A stretch of 64,000 bases of DNA from a virus (taxonomy: Duplodnaviria > Caudoviricetes), in IMG/VR virus record IMGVR_UViG_3300021425_003554. The stretch is one strand, 5' to 3'. Under the pieces are notes generated by a model that was not told the DNA's origin, did not search any database, and saw only the letters and a program-made list of their open reading frames with translations. Below are positions 9,542-20,091 of the stretch, one piece after another. Every line of letters starts with the position of its first letter. Position 1 is the first letter of the stretch. Both the position numbers and the translations under genes were made by a program.

Positions 9542-12500
9542 ATGGCATTAACATCACCAGGAGTAGAAGTTTCAGTTATAAATGAAAGTTTTTACGTACC
9601 AGCAGATGCGGGTACAACTCCACTATTAATAGTAGCGACAGCACAAGACAAATTAAATGGAGCAGGAACTAGTACTGCGGTTGGAACACAAACTGCCAAC
9701 GCAAACACAGTTTACCTAGTATCGTCACAAAGAGAATTAACAGAAACATTTGGTGATCCAAAATTTTATAGTGATTCATCAGGAAATGCATTAAACGGTT
9801 ACGAAATAAATGAATACGGATTACAAGCCGCTTATTCATTTTTAGGAGTGGCCAACAGAGCATTTGTATTAAGAGCAAACGTAAATTTATCAGAACTTAT
9901 CGGTTCTGCAACAGCACCAACATCTAAACCAAACAACGGAACATATTGGTTCGACCTAACATCAAATGTCCCTGGTTTATTTGAGTGGAATAACACAAAC
10001 TCAACTTTTACAGCAATCTCTCCAATCTACATAACATCAGTTGATGATTTAGTTGGCGGAGTTTCAACAGGTGCACCAAAAACATCAATTGGTACAATCG
10101 GTTCTTATGCAATTAATACAACTCATGTAACTAACAAAACTTATTATAAAACATCCGGCAATGCTTGGGTGCAAATTGGATCTAGTGCTTGGAGCACAGC
10201 CATTGGTGCGAATGCATCATTTGTACAGTCTCCACACACATCTATTCCACAATGGAAAACAGCAGGTAACATTCCAACTGGTTCTGTTTGGTTTAAGACT
10301 ACCACTCCAAACTCTGGTGCTGACGTAAGTGTAAAACTTTACAACAGTGCATCAGATTCTTGGTCAGTAGTTGATGCTCCTCTTTATGCAAATAACCACG
10401 CGGCGATTTATGGACTTGATCCTATAAATGGCGGAACTGGCATTTCAGCAGGAACACTTTACACACAATACAATGTAGGCGAACAATCAACATTGGGTGC
10501 ATTTGATGTAACTCCAAAATTACAAGACTTCCAAATTTTTAGATACGAAGGTGGAGCAACAACAATTACTTCTAATAATACAACACCATCATTCACTAGC
10601 GGAAACACTTTTGCAATACAAGAATCAAGAAAAGCATCGGGTTCTCTAGCAGGCTGGGACGGTTCAACGGTGGTCAGTCTAGGTGGAACTAGTGCAGACG
10701 ATTTTGTTGCGGCGGTAAATGGTGCTGGATTAACTAACATTTCAGCAGAAAAACTTTCAACTGGTGCAATCAAAATGACACACGCACTTGGCGGCGAATT
10801 TAGAATGTGGCAAATAACAGGAACTGCTCTAGATGATGCAGGTTTTGGTGTTGCTAATGGACACGCATATGGAACATACACAGCAAATTCATCAACACTA
10901 GTTGATAATTTATACGATGCTCCGGCAGGTTACACTGAAGATTCAACACAACCAGCAATGGTGGTTGCTTCAAATTGGAAACGTTTATCATATGTTGCAT
11001 CAACATCGGCTCCGACAAACGAGCCAGCAGATGGTACATTATGGTACAACACAAACTTAGAAGCAGATATCATGGTTCACAACGGAACAACATGGGTTGG
11101 CTACTTGGACAGCACGTCTCCATATTACAATGCAGATGCGGCACAACAAACAGATCCAAATGGTCCGATCTTCTCAGCATCAGAACCAACTACACAATCA
11201 GATGCGACAGCATTAAAAATTGGTGATGTTTGGATTGATACTAGCGACTTAGAAAACTATCCAAGAATTTATAGATATCAATCAACAGCAGACGGAAATG
11301 CTTTTGTATTAATTGATAACACAGATCAAACTACTGGTGATGGTATAGTGTTTGCCGATGCCAGATCAAACACAGCGGCAACTAAATCAGACTCGTCATC
11401 AACAGGCGGTGCACCATCTGATAGTTCGATCAAAGATCTTTTAAGTGATAACTTCTTAGATCCAGATGCACCAAATCCATCATTATATCCTCAAGGTATC
11501 TTATTGTTTAACACAAGAAGATCTGGATACAATGTTAAAGAATACAAAAATAATCATATTACAACTGCAAAATATCCTGGATCAGGATCTTCGGGTAAAG
11601 GTAACATCAGATATAACAGCAACGAATCAGTTTCTGGTTATTTCAAAGACAGATGGGTTACTAAATCGACTAACAGTGCCAACGGTGCTGGAACATTTGG
11701 AAGAAAAGCAGTTAGAAAAGTAATTACTGAACAAATAAAATCAGAGATTAACACCAACCAAGCAATCAGAGAAGATCAAAGAGGATTCAATGTTATTGCT
11801 TGTCCGGGATATCCTGAAGTTATTTCAGAAATGATTAATCTAAATACTGACAGAAATAATACAGCATTTATCGTAGGTGATACTCCGATGAGATTAGCAG
11901 GAACATCAACTGCTATTTCAAATTGGGCTAACAACACAGCAGTAGCATCAGATAACGGTGAAGATGGTCTTGTATCAAGTTCGGATTATTTAGGAGTATT
12001 TTATCCTTCAGGAAGAACTACATCTAACAATGGATCATCAATCGTTGTACCACCATCTCATATGATTTTGAGAACATTGGCAAATAATGATAATGTTGCG
12101 TTTCCATGGTTTGCACCAGCAGGTACAAGACGTGGTATCATCGACAATGCAACAGCAGTAGGATACATTAACTCAGCATCGGGAGAATTTGAAACAATCT
12201 CGTTGACAGAATCTGTTAGAGATTCAATGTTTACTGCAAAAATTAATCCAATTACATTCTTTTCAGGAACAGGAATAGTAAACTTTGGTAATTTAACTAA
12301 AACATCTAGTTCGTCTGCTTTAGATAGAATTAACGTTTCTAGATTAACAGTTTATCTAAGATCACAACTTGATAAACTTGCCAAACCTTTCATTTTTGAA
12401 CCAAATGATGAATTGACTAGAAATGAAATTAAAGGATCGATCGAGTCTTTCTTATTAGAATTACTTGGACAAAGAGCACTATACGATTTCTTAGTAGTTT

Positions 12501-12646
12501 GTGACGAGACTAACAACACAGCAACTAGAATTGATAGAAATGAATTGTATGTGGATATTGCAATTGAACCAGTTAAATCGGTTGAATTTATTTACATACC
12601 TTTAAGAATCAAAAACACAGGGGAGATAGCAAACCTAGGTAACTAA
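9542..12646 (+). CDS. Tail sheath protein (gp18-like)
   Basis: MALTSPGVEV start; PWFAPAG, RINVSRL, FIFEPND and EFIYIPLR sheath motifs; SD aaggag. Confidence 0.95.
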   Translation: MALTSPGVEVSVINESFYVPADAGTTPLLIVATAQDKLNGAGTSTAVGTQTANANTVYLVSSQRELTETFGDPKFYSDSSGNALNGYEINEYGLQAAYSFLGVANRAFVLRANVNLSELIGSATAPTSKPNNGTYWFDLTSNVPGLFEWNNTNSTFTAISPIYITSVDDLVGGVSTGAPKTSIGTIGSYAINTTHVTNKTYYKTSGNAWVQIGSSAWSTAIGANASFVQSPHTSIPQWKTAGNIPTGSVWFKTTTPNSGADVSVKLYNSASDSWSVVDAPLYANNHAAIYGLDPINGGTGISAGTLYTQYNVGEQSTLGAFDVTPKLQDFQIFRYEGGATTITSNNTTPSFTSGNTFAIQESRKASGSLAGWDGSTVVSLGGTSADDFVAAVNGAGLTNISAEKLSTGAIKMTHALGGEFRMWQITGTALDDAGFGVANGHAYGTYTANSSTLVDNLYDAPAGYTEDSTQPAMVVASNWKRLSYVASTSAPTNEPADGTLWYNTNLEADIMVHNGTTWVGYLDSTSPYYNADAAQQTDPNGPIFSASEPTTQSDATALKIGDVWIDTSDLENYPRIYRYQSTADGNAFVLIDNTDQTTGDGIVFADARSNTAATKSDSSSTGGAPSDSSIKDLLSDNFLDPDAPNPSLYPQGILLFNTRRSGYNVKEYKNNHITTAKYPGSGSSGKGNIRYNSNESVSGYFKDRWVTKSTNSANGAGTFGRKAVRKVITEQIKSEINTNQAIREDQRGFNVIACPGYPEVISEMINLNTDRNNTAFIVGDTPMRLAGTSTAISNWANNTAVASDNGEDGLVSSSDYLGVFYPSGRTTSNNGSSIVVPPSHMILRTLANNDNVAFPWFAPAGTRRGIIDNATAVGYINSASGEFETISLTESVRDSMFTAKINPITFFSGTGIVNFGNLTKTSSSSALDRINVSRLTVYLRSQLDKLAKPFIFEPNDELTRNEIKGSIESFLLELLGQRALYDFLVVCDETNNTATRIDRNELYVDIAIEPVKSVEFIYIPLRIKNTGEIANLGN

Positions 12647-12669
12647 TCCTCGGTAAATAAAGGAGCAAT

Positions 12670-13296
12670 ATGGCAATTTCAACACTTTCAAAATTTACAG
12701 TACCATTATCAAACGACCAGAGTTCGTCAACTCAAGGTTTGTTGATGCCGAAACTTCAATATAGATTTAGAGTAATTCTCGAAAACTTTGGAGTTTCTAC
12801 ACCTAGATCAGAAATTACTAAACAAGTAATGGATGTTACAAGACCAAATTTAACATTTGAAAACACAACACTTGATGTATATAACTCAAAAGTATACATT
12901 GCTGGTAAACACACTTGGGAACCGATCACTCTTACAATGAGAGATGACGTTAATAACTCAGTGTCTAAACTAGTAGGTGAACAAATTCAGAAACAATTTG
13001 ATTTCTTTGAACAGGCTTCTGCCGCTTCAGGAATTGATTACAAATTCACAACTAGAATTGAAATGTTAGATGGTGGTAATGGAGCATCAACACCGGGTAT
13101 ATTAGAAACATTTGAGTTATATGGTTCATTTGTTGAATCAGTAAACTATAATAGTTTGGCTTATAATACTTCAGAACCGGCAACTATTACACTATCAATT
13201 AGATACGACAATGCAGTACAAACACCACAAGGTACTGGAATCGGAACAGCATTAACAAGAACTATCGGTACATTAACAACCGGTGGTGGAAGATAA
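12670..13296 (+). CDS. Tail tube protein (gp19-like)
   Basis: PKLQYRFRV, GKHTWEPIT..RDD, ITLSIRYDNA; follows the sheath gene. Confidence 0.9.
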   Translation: MAISTLSKFTVPLSNDQSSSTQGLLMPKLQYRFRVILENFGVSTPRSEITKQVMDVTRPNLTFENTTLDVYNSKVYIAGKHTWEPITLTMRDDVNNSVSKLVGEQIQKQFDFFEQASAASGIDYKFTTRIEMLDGGNGASTPGILETFELYGSFVESVNYNSLAYNTSEPATITLSIRYDNAVQTPQGTGIGTALTRTIGTLTTGGGR

Positions 13297-13327
13297 TAGT
13301 TAACAATTTTCGCAATTATAAAGTAAA

Positions 13328-13354
13328 GAAAGCGCCTTTAACGGCGCTTTTTTT
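13328..13354 (+). terminator. Rho-independent terminator
   Basis: aaagcgcc-tttaac-ggcgcttt followed by T tract. Confidence 0.85.
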
Positions 13355-13374
13355 ATGACCATAAATATACAAGT

Positions 13375-14772
13375 ATGCCTAGTATTAATAATTTTTTAGA
13401 AGGATTCTCAAATGGTCTTCCAGGAATGAAAGACTATCGCCACGCAACAAGATTATATCTTGATAATAACTTTAAATTAGCACCAAAACAAAAATTTTTA
13501 TTTCATGTTGTTTTTGATATAGACAATACTACTGTCGGGGGCCGACAATTTTCACAGGATGAAAAGTTTGCTCTCAATATGCTAGTTAAGACCTGTGAAT
13601 TGCCAAAATATGATATGAACCTAGAAGAAAAAATTCAATATAACAAAAAAGTTTATGTGGGTACTAGAATTGTTTACAGACCGGTCACTATAAATTTTCA
13701 CGATGACAATGCCGATACTGTTAATGCTTTTTGGAAAAGATACTACGAGTATAACATAGCAGATTCTCAAACAATACCGGTTGCGGGCCAATACACATAT
13801 ACCAAAGACGATTTTTACAAGACAAACAGAGTGGCAACACAGTACGGCATGGATAATGCTCAGCAGAGAGGAAAACCTTTGTTGAGAAGCATACAAATTT
13901 TTGCCATGCATCAAAAAAGATTTACTTCATTTTTATTAGTAAATCCTGTTATAGGATCTTTCAGTCATGATGATCTAGACAATGCAGACGGTGGCGGAAT
14001 AATGGCAAACTCTATGCAAGTGTTTTACGAAACTGTTTTGTATGGTGCAGGCACAGTTAAATCGCCGAACATGGCCACTGGGTTTGCTGATTTATATTAC
14101 GACCTTGAGCCATCTCCTTTAAGTGTGTTGGGAGGAGGCACAACTTCTATATTCGGAGAAGGCGGAATAGTCGACGGAATTGGTGGGGTTCTTGATAGTG
14201 TTCAAAATGGCGACGTGTTAGGAGCCATTATAAAAGCAAATAACACATATCAAAATGCTAAAAAAATAAAAGCCAAAGACGCTGTCAAAGAAGAACTCAA
14301 AGGAATAGTAAAAGAAACTGTGCAGGACGTTGCAAAAACTGCCGGAACAATTAACAATCCGATCGGAAACTTCAGTGTAGGAACAGCGGCGGTGGCGGCT
14401 ATCGGTACTGTTGCTTTGGCAAAAGGTAATACATCTACTACATCAAAAAATAGTGTTCAAACAGTTATTTCAAACCCTGTTATTGATACAACAAATTATC
14501 TGAGTTCAACGGAATCATTTAATCTATTACAAAACAACACGCAGGCACAGGATAAGGTTGCATCCTTTATCTATTATCAAAAAATAGGATCTGCTCAAAA
14601 TTTAACAATTGCTCAGAGTGATGTGATCTATAATGGGTTATCAGATGCACAAAAAAATGTATGGAGAAATAGAGCAATCAACGATATAACGAGACTGGTC
14701 ACTGAAGGATACATACAAATAAATAGGCAAACAAACGATATATCTGTGTCGGCTGAGAAAGTGAATTTATAA
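13375..14772 (+). CDS. Tail-tube-like / baseplate tube initiator protein
   Basis: N-half has tube-fold motifs (PK.KFLFHV, Y.PVTINFHDD, LVNPVIGSFSHD). Confidence 0.6.
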   Translation: MPSINNFLEGFSNGLPGMKDYRHATRLYLDNNFKLAPKQKFLFHVVFDIDNTTVGGRQFSQDEKFALNMLVKTCELPKYDMNLEEKIQYNKKVYVGTRIVYRPVTINFHDDNADTVNAFWKRYYEYNIADSQTIPVAGQYTYTKDDFYKTNRVATQYGMDNAQQRGKPLLRSIQIFAMHQKRFTSFLLVNPVIGSFSHDDLDNADGGGIMANSMQVFYETVLYGAGTVKSPNMATGFADLYYDLEPSPLSVLGGGTTSIFGEGGIVDGIGGVLDSVQNGDVLGAIIKANNTYQNAKKIKAKDAVKEELKGIVKETVQDVAKTAGTINNPIGNFSVGTAAVAAIGTVALAKGNTSTTSKNSVQTVISNPVIDTTNYLSSTESFNLLQNNTQAQDKVASFIYYQKIGSAQNLTIAQSDVIYNGLSDAQKNVWRNRAINDITRLVTEGYIQINRQTNDISVSAEKVNL

Positions 14773-15149
14773 TGTCATCTGTATATACAAATCTACCTCA
14801 AAAAGAAAAAGATAGTTTAGAAAAATCAATCAACGAATTAAAAGATAATCAATATGCTGAAAATTTTGAATTTAATGTAAACGATTACGATGCTACTGTT
14901 GGTTTTTTTGTAAAAAGAAATTTTTCTAGAAAATCCGCAGAGGACCTTGCCTATGTAATTTTACAACAAGCCAAAATTGATTCTGTACCGGTAATGGAAA
15001 TATTAGATGTGTTAAATAATTCATCTGATTTGACGTTAAGCGATGTTGTTTCAAGAATATTAAACACCAACAGATACAAATCTAGTAGCGTTGGAGTAAG
15101 AAATACAAAAGTTTCTAGAGATGTAGTTGCAAGAAATATAGTTGCATAA
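14772..15149 (+). CDS. Hypothetical protein in tail module
   Basis: Translationally coupled ORF (TAATG). Confidence 0.6.
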   Translation: MSSVYTNLPQKEKDSLEKSINELKDNQYAENFEFNVNDYDATVGFFVKRNFSRKSAEDLAYVILQQAKIDSVPVMEILDVLNNSSDLTLSDVVSRILNTNRYKSSSVGVRNTKVSRDVVARNIVA

Positions 15150-15592
15150 TGTCTTTACCAAAATTCGCAAGAGGAAAATTTATATTAAAGAATCCCAACA
15201 AATATGTTGGAACAAAAACACCAACATATAGATCAAGTTGGGAACACTCTTTTATGAGATTATGCGATGAACACCCTAATGTGTATCAATGGGCATCGGA
15301 GGCAATAAAAATTCCTTATAGACATCCTATAACAGGAAAATATACGATTTATGTTCCAGATTTCTTTATAGTTTATATAGATAAAAATGGCAAAAAACAC
15401 GCGGAAATAATCGAAGTAAAACCTATGAATCAGACCACTATGGAAAGAGCCGGTAAAAGTATGGGTCGTAAAACACAGGTAGTGATCAATCATGCCAAAT
15501 GGGAAGCGGCCAACGCCTATGCTCGACAACGTAAAATAACATTTAGAATTGTTTCAGAAGAACAATTATTCCATCAAGGTACACGTAAATAA
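15149..15592 (+). CDS. Head completion nuclease (T4 gp4-like, TnsA fold)
   Basis: NPNKYVG..PTYRSSWE, WASE..IPY, YVPDF, IEVKP, NHAKWEAA. Confidence 0.85.
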   Translation: MSLPKFARGKFILKNPNKYVGTKTPTYRSSWEHSFMRLCDEHPNVYQWASEAIKIPYRHPITGKYTIYVPDFFIVYIDKNGKKHAEIIEVKPMNQTTMERAGKSMGRKTQVVINHAKWEAANAYARQRKITFRIVSEEQLFHQGTRK

Positions 15593-15597
15593 AACAA

Positions 15598-16122
15598 ATG
15601 ACAAAAAAATTAGAAGACATACTTAATTTACCAAATGTCAAAGAAGCATTTGCCAATGTTGATAAAAAAGAGCAGGCCAGACAGAACAAAGATAAAACAA
15701 GAGAAGTGGCAAGCAATGTTGATCCAAAAACTGCCGCGGCACTAAAAGCCACATACGCAGAATTTGACAAAATAGAAAAAGCATTGCCACAAGTCAAAGG
15801 ACTTGGAGAATTATCTGACTTGGAACTTGATAAGTTGGCAGTGGAAGCGGAAGAAAGTTATAAAAATTTAATGGATCTGGGAATGAACGTTGATTCTAGA
15901 TATTCGGGACGTATTTTTGAAGTTGCTTCGGGTATGTTAAGAAATGCCATTGATGCTAAAAACAATAAAATTGCCAATAAATTAAAAATGGTTGAATTAC
16001 AATTGAAAAAAATGAAGTTAGATAAAGACGGCGCGGACGACACCGGGGGTGCTGTTGAGTCAGAAGGTCATATTATTTCGGATCGTAACGAATTAATGAA
16101 AAAACTACTAAAAAAGGATTAA
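15598..16122 (+). CDS. Probable terminase small subunit (gp16-like)
   Basis: Helical protein; LMDLGMNV..R..RIFEVA; ends ISDRNELMKKL; upstream of terL. Confidence 0.5.
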   Translation: MTKKLEDILNLPNVKEAFANVDKKEQARQNKDKTREVASNVDPKTAAALKATYAEFDKIEKALPQVKGLGELSDLELDKLAVEAEESYKNLMDLGMNVDSRYSGRIFEVASGMLRNAIDAKNNKIANKLKMVELQLKKMKLDKDGADDTGGAVESEGHIISDRNELMKKLLKKD

Positions 16123-16217
16123 TACTGTTACATATACACACAGTTTTAATGCTTAAAACACAATGGAACAATGAAAAACAAGGGTATGAATAAACAAATA
16201 AGGCTAAATATAACACT

Positions 16218-16838
16218 ATGAGTGAATTCTTAACATATTTGACAGAATCAACCAAAGAGTATGATTACAAAATTAAGGTTGCGGGAGAACTAGACGACAA
16301 TTTTGCCGGCAAATTAGAGACTGCTTGTCAAAAATTTGAGGTTAAAAAACTTTCATCAGGCAAAAAAACACCTATCCAAGAAATGCCTCTTGATTTTCCT
16401 TCATTGAAAAACATAGAAGTCACAATTTACGAATTAAAAACAGCATATCCAGTTTCAGCACACGAATTGAGAGAATATCTAGCACATTATCTTAATCTAG
16501 CAAAAAATCAAATAGTGGTTAAGAAACCAGGTGAACCCACAGAAGAATATCAAGAAGAAATGAAGGAACCATCACCATTTGTAGCAAAATTACAAGACAT
16601 TGAATACGGAGATGCTCCAAAAGTAAAAACAGAAGAACATTATGGAGACAAATATAATATGTCTCTGTTAAAAGAATTATTAAAAAATAGAAAAGAAATT
16701 ACTCACGCAGAGGAAGACACAAAAAACAAGGACGAAAAAAAATTACAAGACAGAGAAGAAAAAGGAACTGCTTCTCCCTTGAAGCCAGCACACAAAGGTC
16801 CGGTTAAAGGTAACCCACACCCAGCAAAAGGAAAATAA
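16218..16838 (+). CDS. Hypothetical protein
   Basis: 206-aa ORF preceded by TAAATA. Confidence 0.6.
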   Translation: MSEFLTYLTESTKEYDYKIKVAGELDDNFAGKLETACQKFEVKKLSSGKKTPIQEMPLDFPSLKNIEVTIYELKTAYPVSAHELREYLAHYLNLAKNQIVVKKPGEPTEEYQEEMKEPSPFVAKLQDIEYGDAPKVKTEEHYGDKYNMSLLKELLKNRKEITHAEEDTKNKDEKKLQDREEKGTASPLKPAHKGPVKGNPHPAKGK

Positions 16839-16840
16839 TT

Positions 16841-17500
16841 ATGGAAATGATCGACGTATTACAAAAATTAAAAGAAATTCAAGAATCGCAACCGGGTTTG
16901 GTTGATGATGCTGTTGCCAACGTTGAAAAAACAAATCCAAAAGTAGACGAAGGTGCATTAAAACAGGCGATGCATGGCGATGCTGAAAATATGTCTAGAG
17001 AAGAATTTGTTAAAAAATACGGACAGGGTTCAGGAGAATTTTGGGATAATATCAATGGAGTTGAAGAGTCTAAAAAAGAAACAGTGAAAGAAGCAATCCA
17101 AATGTCTGCGGACACACCGGAAGAAGCAAATGTATTGATGCAGATTTTAAAACTTGCTGGAGTACAACCAGTGACTCCAAACATGATCGGTGCTCAAGAA
17201 CCAGAGAAAGATCATATGTGTGGACCGGAATGTGCAGAACATGGATGTGGTTGTGAAAACGATAATGAAGAACCAACAGAAGAAAATTTTGCAAATGAAC
17301 CTAATGAAAAAGTACAAGACACAGACACTTTAGTGAATTTTCATTCAGGTGGATTGAACAGACAAAAGAAAACTTTTCCAAAAGTTGCGGGCGGAGATAA
17401 TCCAATGCAAAAAGCCACAGAAGATCTTGTTTCGTCGTTGAGAGAACAGTATAAAAATTTTAAAGAATCATATCAGAACGAAGCAAAAAAAGGTAAATAA
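16841..17500 (+). CDS. Acidic hypothetical (possibly head-associated) protein
   Basis: 219-aa Glu-rich ORF with SD ggaaaa. Confidence 0.55.
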   Translation: MEMIDVLQKLKEIQESQPGLVDDAVANVEKTNPKVDEGALKQAMHGDAENMSREEFVKKYGQGSGEFWDNINGVEESKKETVKEAIQMSADTPEEANVLMQILKLAGVQPVTPNMIGAQEPEKDHMCGPECAEHGCGCENDNEEPTEENFANEPNEKVQDTDTLVNFHSGGLNRQKKTFPKVAGGDNPMQKATEDLVSSLREQYKNFKESYQNEAKKGK

Positions 17501-17505
17501 CATAT

Positions 17506-17886
17506 ATGGCAACAGTTACTAGACTTTTTGAAAATAGAGTACAAACAACAGCGGGAACTATGTATTCTCCTAACTGTAATGCTTATCTTTTCTCAATCAA
17601 AGAAGGCGACGGAAGTGCTATTGACTTAAGAGCAGAAGATGATGCAGTTAATGAAGTAGTAGAACAAGTTGTTAAAGAATTCAATCCTTTGGCTTACTTC
17701 ATCACAAACGACGCTTCAGGAACTATGCATATAGTACTAGATAAAAATCAAAATACTGCTTCTGAATTACAAATTCAATTGAGAAGAATCGCTGGTTCTG
17801 TTGAAGACGGTTCAACAGTTGGTCCAAATGCTATCGATATTGCTGGCTCTACAGTTGTTGCGGCTTCTTCGATCACAGTAGCATAA
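17506..17886 (+). CDS. Hypothetical protein
   Basis: 126-aa ORF, TAAATA 6 nt upstream. Confidence 0.6.
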   Translation: MATVTRLFENRVQTTAGTMYSPNCNAYLFSIKEGDGSAIDLRAEDDAVNEVVEQVVKEFNPLAYFITNDASGTMHIVLDKNQNTASELQIQLRRIAGSVEDGSTVGPNAIDIAGSTVVAASSITVA

Positions 17887-17935
17887 TCATAATAAAAACA
17901 TTTATTATTAAGGTAAAAATGCCTTAAATACTGTT

Positions 17936-19528
17936 ATGGCATATGTATCATTAGATTCAGACCAAATAAAAAAAGCAAATAAGAAACACAAATACACCCA
18001 CGATCAAGTGTTGAAACTTGAAAAGTGTATGGATCCAAAAACAGGTCCTCTATATTTCATGAAAGAATTTATAAAAATACAACACCCTACCAAGGGATCA
18101 ATGCCTTTCAACCCTTATCCGTACCAGGAAAGATTGATCAACAGTTACAACGATCATAGATTTTCGATAGCAATGCTACCGCGGCAGACAGGAAAGACCA
18201 CCTGTGCGGCGGGTTACTTGATTTGGTATGCTATGTTTATACCAGATTCACAGATATTGATCGCGGCACACAAATATGCGGGTGCCTCAGACATCATGTC
18301 CAGGGTAAGATACGGTTATGAAATGTTGCCAAGTTGGATCAAAGCAGGAGTCACACAGTACAACAGGAACTCCATAGAATTTGATAACGGTTCCAAAATT
18401 ATGGCCACTACCACAACTGAGAACACAGGACGGGGTATGTCCTTGACAATGGTTTATTGTGATGAGTTTGCTTTCGTGCAACCACCCGAAAAGGCCAAAG
18501 AATTTTGGACATCACTGTCTCCGACTCTATCAACAGGAGGAAAATGTTTAATCACTTCAACGCCAAACTCCGACGAGGATCAGTTCGCTTTAATTTGGAA
18601 GGAAGCACTCAAAAGACATGACGAATTTGGTAACGACAATGTAGTAGGAACCAACGGATTTTATGCAATGAAGGCACACTGGTCTGAGCATCCTGACAGA
18701 GACGAATCATGGGCGGCGGCTGAAAAATCTAGAATAGGTGAGGAAAGATTTAGACGAGAACACGATTGTGAATTCTTGATTTACGACGAAACTTTGATCA
18801 ACAGTATCAAACTTGTAGAACTTGAAGGAAAAGATCCAATCTGGAACCAAGGACAGGTTAGATGGTATGCCAAACCAAAACCAAAACACACATACATGGT
18901 TGCACTGGATCCATCATTAGGTACCGGTGGGGATTTTTCTGCCATACAGGTATTTGAATTGCCAACATTTAAACAGGTTGCTGAATGGCATCATAATACC
19001 ACACCTGCCAATCAACAAATTAGAATACTACAAAGCATAACAAAATACATACACGACACAATAATAGAACAGGACTCTACTGCTACGCCTAGTATTTTTT
19101 ATTCCATGGAAAACAATACTTTGGGAGAAGCGGCGTTACAAAGAGTAATGGACATCGGCGAAGAAAATATCATGGGTCAATTCCTTTCGGAACCTATCAG
19201 AAAAGGACATCGTAGAAAATTCAGAAGAGGATTCAATACAACAGCCAAGCACAAGATAGATGCCTGTGCCAAATTTAAAGAACTAGTTGAAAATAATAAA
19301 ATGGAACTCAACTCTAAACCTTTAATATCAGAATTGAAAAATTTTGTGGCTTCCGGTGTATCATACAAGGGCAAACCCGGGGAACACGACGACTTGGTTT
19401 CGGCTTGTCTACTGACTACTAGGATGATGAAAGTGTTGGCAGACTTTGATCCTAAAATATTTGAGCAATGGACAAATAGAAGTTCGGAATGGACTGTTCC
19501 TATGCCAATTTTTGCAAATCTAAATTAG
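17936..19528 (+). CDS. terL: Terminase large subunit (gp17-like)
   Basis: PRQTGKTT Walker A, YCDEFAFV Walker B, ITSTPN, ALDPS.GTGGD, HDDLV. Confidence 0.97.
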   Translation: MAYVSLDSDQIKKANKKHKYTHDQVLKLEKCMDPKTGPLYFMKEFIKIQHPTKGSMPFNPYPYQERLINSYNDHRFSIAMLPRQTGKTTCAAGYLIWYAMFIPDSQILIAAHKYAGASDIMSRVRYGYEMLPSWIKAGVTQYNRNSIEFDNGSKIMATTTTENTGRGMSLTMVYCDEFAFVQPPEKAKEFWTSLSPTLSTGGKCLITSTPNSDEDQFALIWKEALKRHDEFGNDNVVGTNGFYAMKAHWSEHPDRDESWAAAEKSRIGEERFRREHDCEFLIYDETLINSIKLVELEGKDPIWNQGQVRWYAKPKPKHTYMVALDPSLGTGGDFSAIQVFELPTFKQVAEWHHNTTPANQQIRILQSITKYIHDTIIEQDSTATPSIFYSMENNTLGEAALQRVMDIGEENIMGQFLSEPIRKGHRRKFRRGFNTTAKHKIDACAKFKELVENNKMELNSKPLISELKNFVASGVSYKGKPGEHDDLVSACLLTTRMMKVLADFDPKIFEQWTNRSSEWTVPMPIFANLN

Positions 19529-19530
19529 CA

Positions 19531-20091
19531 ATGAAAAAAAATTTATATTATAAAGTTGGCAACGAAGGAAATGTAGACTTTAATAATAGATGGAACGATT
19601 TAGAAAAAATACTAGATTTAAAAAACACAGATACTGTATTAGATATTGGATGTGCTGAAGGATTAATATCTATTGAAGTTGCTAAAAAAGTTAAACACGT
19701 AGAAGCATTTGAATTAGAACTTCATAGAGTCAACGTGGCAAAAGAAAATGCTGAAAAAAACAAAGTAAAAAACATATTTTTTTCAGTTGCATCATTTTTG
19801 AATTTTAACTATCAAACATATAATAAAGTACTATGTTTAGGAGTGTATCACAAGATACGACAAGCCAATGCAAGAATTCCCGCATTAGAAAGAATGTTTC
19901 GTTCTTGCACAGATCAATTTTACATCAGAGTACCGGTATTAGACGGAACTGTGCCTATTGATAGGGGTATAGAGGAAAAAGAAATAATAGACACTGCGTT
20001 TAGATCTGGGTTTGATCTAGTTGTTAAGACCAAGCAAAGACCGAATCACGGTTCTATTTTTAAATTTGCAAAACGAATAAATACAGTATGA
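19531..20091 (+). CDS. Class I SAM-dependent methyltransferase
   Basis: VLDIGCAEG motif I; acidic residue ending beta-2 (EAFE). Confidence 0.8.
   Translation: MKKNLYYKVGNEGNVDFNNRWNDLEKILDLKNTDTVLDIGCAEGLISIEVAKKVKHVEAFELELHRVNVAKENAEKNKVKNIFFSVASFLNFNYQTYNKVLCLGVYHKIRQANARIPALERMFRSCTDQFYIRVPVLDGTVPIDRGIEEKEIIDTAFRSGFDLVVKTKQRPNHGSIFKFAKRINTV

Noticed and set aside
19531-20091. DNA methyltransferase explaining the GCWGC/AGCT bias
   Set aside because: No DNA-MTase catalytic motif; a self-protecting MTase would relax avoidance rather than cause it.
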